DNA of 58,800 nt, from NCBI GenBank assembly GCA_964013675.1, contig CAXGXE010000003.1:1-58800 (forward strand), written 5' to 3'. Positions 57,338 to 58,800 of this stretch are shown here, piece after piece. Within the stretch, counting starts at the first letter, position 1, and every line of letters begins with the position of its first letter. The translations under genes were made by a program, and so were the position numbers. Under the pieces are notes generated by a model. It was not told the origin of the DNA. It ran no database searches and saw only the letters and a program-made list of their open reading frames with translations. Source of the stretch: an uncultured Verrucomicrobiales bacterium (GTDB taxonomy: Bacteria > Verrucomicrobiota > Verrucomicrobiia > Limisphaerales > UBA1100).

Positions 57338-58249
57338 CTAGCGGAGGGCTGGGCCCGGGATTGGGCGGCCGTTGGTAGTGAGAATTTGGAATTGGGTCGG
57401 GCGGAGGCGTATTTGTTGGTCGGCGGACCAGACAAGTTTTTTATCACGAGTCAATTCCATTAGGCGACTGATTTTTGCATCCGGGTTGGATGAAGCAAAC
57501 ACCAGATTGCCGTTGGCCATGACTTGGAAAGTGCCAAGGGCATACAGGTATGGTTTGGCAAAGTCTTTTTGGGTGACTTGCCAAACAATTTTACCCTCGT
57601 CATTAACTTCAACCAATCGATCTCCGCGTAGGCTAACAAGGGTGCGGCCGTTGGGCAGTCGTACGGCGTTTACCGGGGGATGTGGTGCAGTCCATTTCCA
57701 GTGGACTTTGCCTTCCAGATCGTATTCACGAATCTGGCGGTCAGCAGGGAGCGTGACTAGTACACGACGCGGGGCGGCGGCTCGAGCAAAACTGATTTGG
57801 GCTTTGGGATTGTTAGTTTGCGTAGCCACAGGGATGCGTATTTTGGGCTGGCCTTTGGCGTCCACGATTATGATTTGGGGTTGGCGCCCGCCTTCGCTAA
57901 TCAGGGTCAGGTTGCCTGGCAGGCGTTGTGCGGAGTTGACCGTCTGTTGTTGGCCGCGGTATTGAAAGATTGTGCGGCCTGTTCGAGTGACTTCCACAAC
58001 TCCGCCCGGGTAATTTTTGCCGCTGTTGAGCACGAGCAACACGTTGCCGGATTCCAGCACACAACCATCTCGGGTGTTGCGGGGGTAGCGCCAGAGGATC
58101 TGGTCGGTTTCAGAAATAATCGCGGTCTGCGCGCCGGTGACGAGGTACGCATGGCGAATATTCTGCGGGGATCGTTGTTGAGCAGCGGCGTGGGTACCGC
58201 CGATGCCTAGCAACAGACATCCCAAGATTTTGGTTATTTTCGCGCGCAT
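57338..58249 (-). CDS. Secreted beta-propeller repeat protein
   Basis: Signal peptide; repeated RLPNGxTL...VEVxxxGKIVW units. Confidence 0.7.
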   Translation of the reverse strand: MRAKITKILGCLLLGIGGTHAAAQQRSPQNIRHAYLVTGAQTAIISETDQILWRYPRNTRDGCVLESGNVLLVLNSGKNYPGGVVEVTRTGRTIFQYRGQQQTVNSAQRLPGNLTLISEGGRQPQIIIVDAKGQPKIRIPVATQTNNPKAQISFARAAAPRRVLVTLPADRQIREYDLEGKVHWKWTAPHPPVNAVRLPNGRTLVSLRGDRLVEVNDEGKIVWQVTQKDFAKPYLYALGTFQVMANGNLVFASSNPDAKISRLMELTRDKKLVWSADQQIRLRPTQFQILTTNGRPIPGPALR

Positions 58250-58365
58250 TGGGTTGTGCGACTCTAATGGAAAGGCGCGAAGGGTAAGGAGAGTTACACG
58301 TTTGTAAATGGTTTTTTTGCCATCCGACCGGGGAAAGTGGGCGGAAACCCCTGAATTTTATGGGT

Positions 58366-58800
58366 TTACAACTGACCGGGAGGGCGGAGACCAGTTCCCG
58401 GGCGGCCGTTGTCCCCGAGCTCATTGCGCATCTTCTCCCCGAGAGCCTGGAGCTGTTTCACGATGTCCGGGTGCTTGGCTTTAACGTCGGTGGTTTCGCC
58501 GATGTCTTTTTCCATGTCGAACAACGCCAACCCGATCTTGGCCTGGCTGTAGCGGGTGGGAATGCCGTCGGTGCCGCCGGGGCGTCCGGCCATGGTGCGG
58601 TAGCCGTGCGGGAAGTGCAGCTTCCATTTGCCCATGCGAATGGCCTGCAATTGCCGGCCGTAGTAGAAGTAATAGGCCTCGTGCGGGCTGGTGTCGCTGG
58701 TGCCTTTCAGGAGATGTACGATGCTCTTGCCATCAATCGGATGCTTGGGCAGACGGGCGCCAATCAGCTCGGCGACGGTGGGCAGGAGGTCAATGGTCAT
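58366..58800 (-). CDS. Arylsulfatase-family protein, C-terminal part (5' end outside window)
   Basis: IDLLPT, IDGKSI, AIRMGKWKL, LFDMEKDIGETTDV. Confidence 0.88.
   Translation of the reverse strand: MTIDLLPTVAELIGARLPKHPIDGKSIVHLLKGTSDTSPHEAYYFYYGRQLQAIRMGKWKLHFPHGYRTMAGRPGGTDGIPTRYSQAKIGLALFDMEKDIGETTDVKAKHPDIVKQLQALGEKMRNELGDNGRPGTGLRPPGQL

Noticed and set aside
1-58800. CRISPR array, rRNA or IS element
   Set aside because: No regularly spaced direct repeats, rRNA-like sequence or transposase motifs seen

Overview
Bacterial chromosomal window, most consistent with a PVC-superphylum (Verrucomicrobiota-like) genome. This is inferred from DUF1549/DUF1553-DUF1501 pairs, DUF1080, a sulfatase and many prepilin-type genes. 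The left part is housekeeping: leuA with a leucine attenuator, pgi and mnmG (each carrying a perfect parS palindrome inside the CDS), a BacNav-type channel, tRNA-Tyr, ffh, class II DAHP synthase and thioredoxin-like lipoproteins. The main discovery candidate is a ~9 kb array (43774-52988) of six complete pilin-like paralogues plus one stop-containing 3' fragment. They share a near-invariant N-terminus and scaffold motifs but have highly divergent insertions. Each complete gene has its own sigma-54 (-24/-12) promoter, an upstream GCGTG-N5-CACGC palindrome and its own terminator, and four are divergently paired with small acidic lipoprotein genes (two are absent from the ORF track). A seventh paralogue (21768) lacks these signals. 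It instead sits behind two Fur-box-like palindromes, is flanked by two copies of a covarying two-hairpin RNA element, and precedes a lipoprotein, a Kelch/PQQ-propeller protein and a HemS-like gene. All family calls are by-eye motif recognition; no searches were run.
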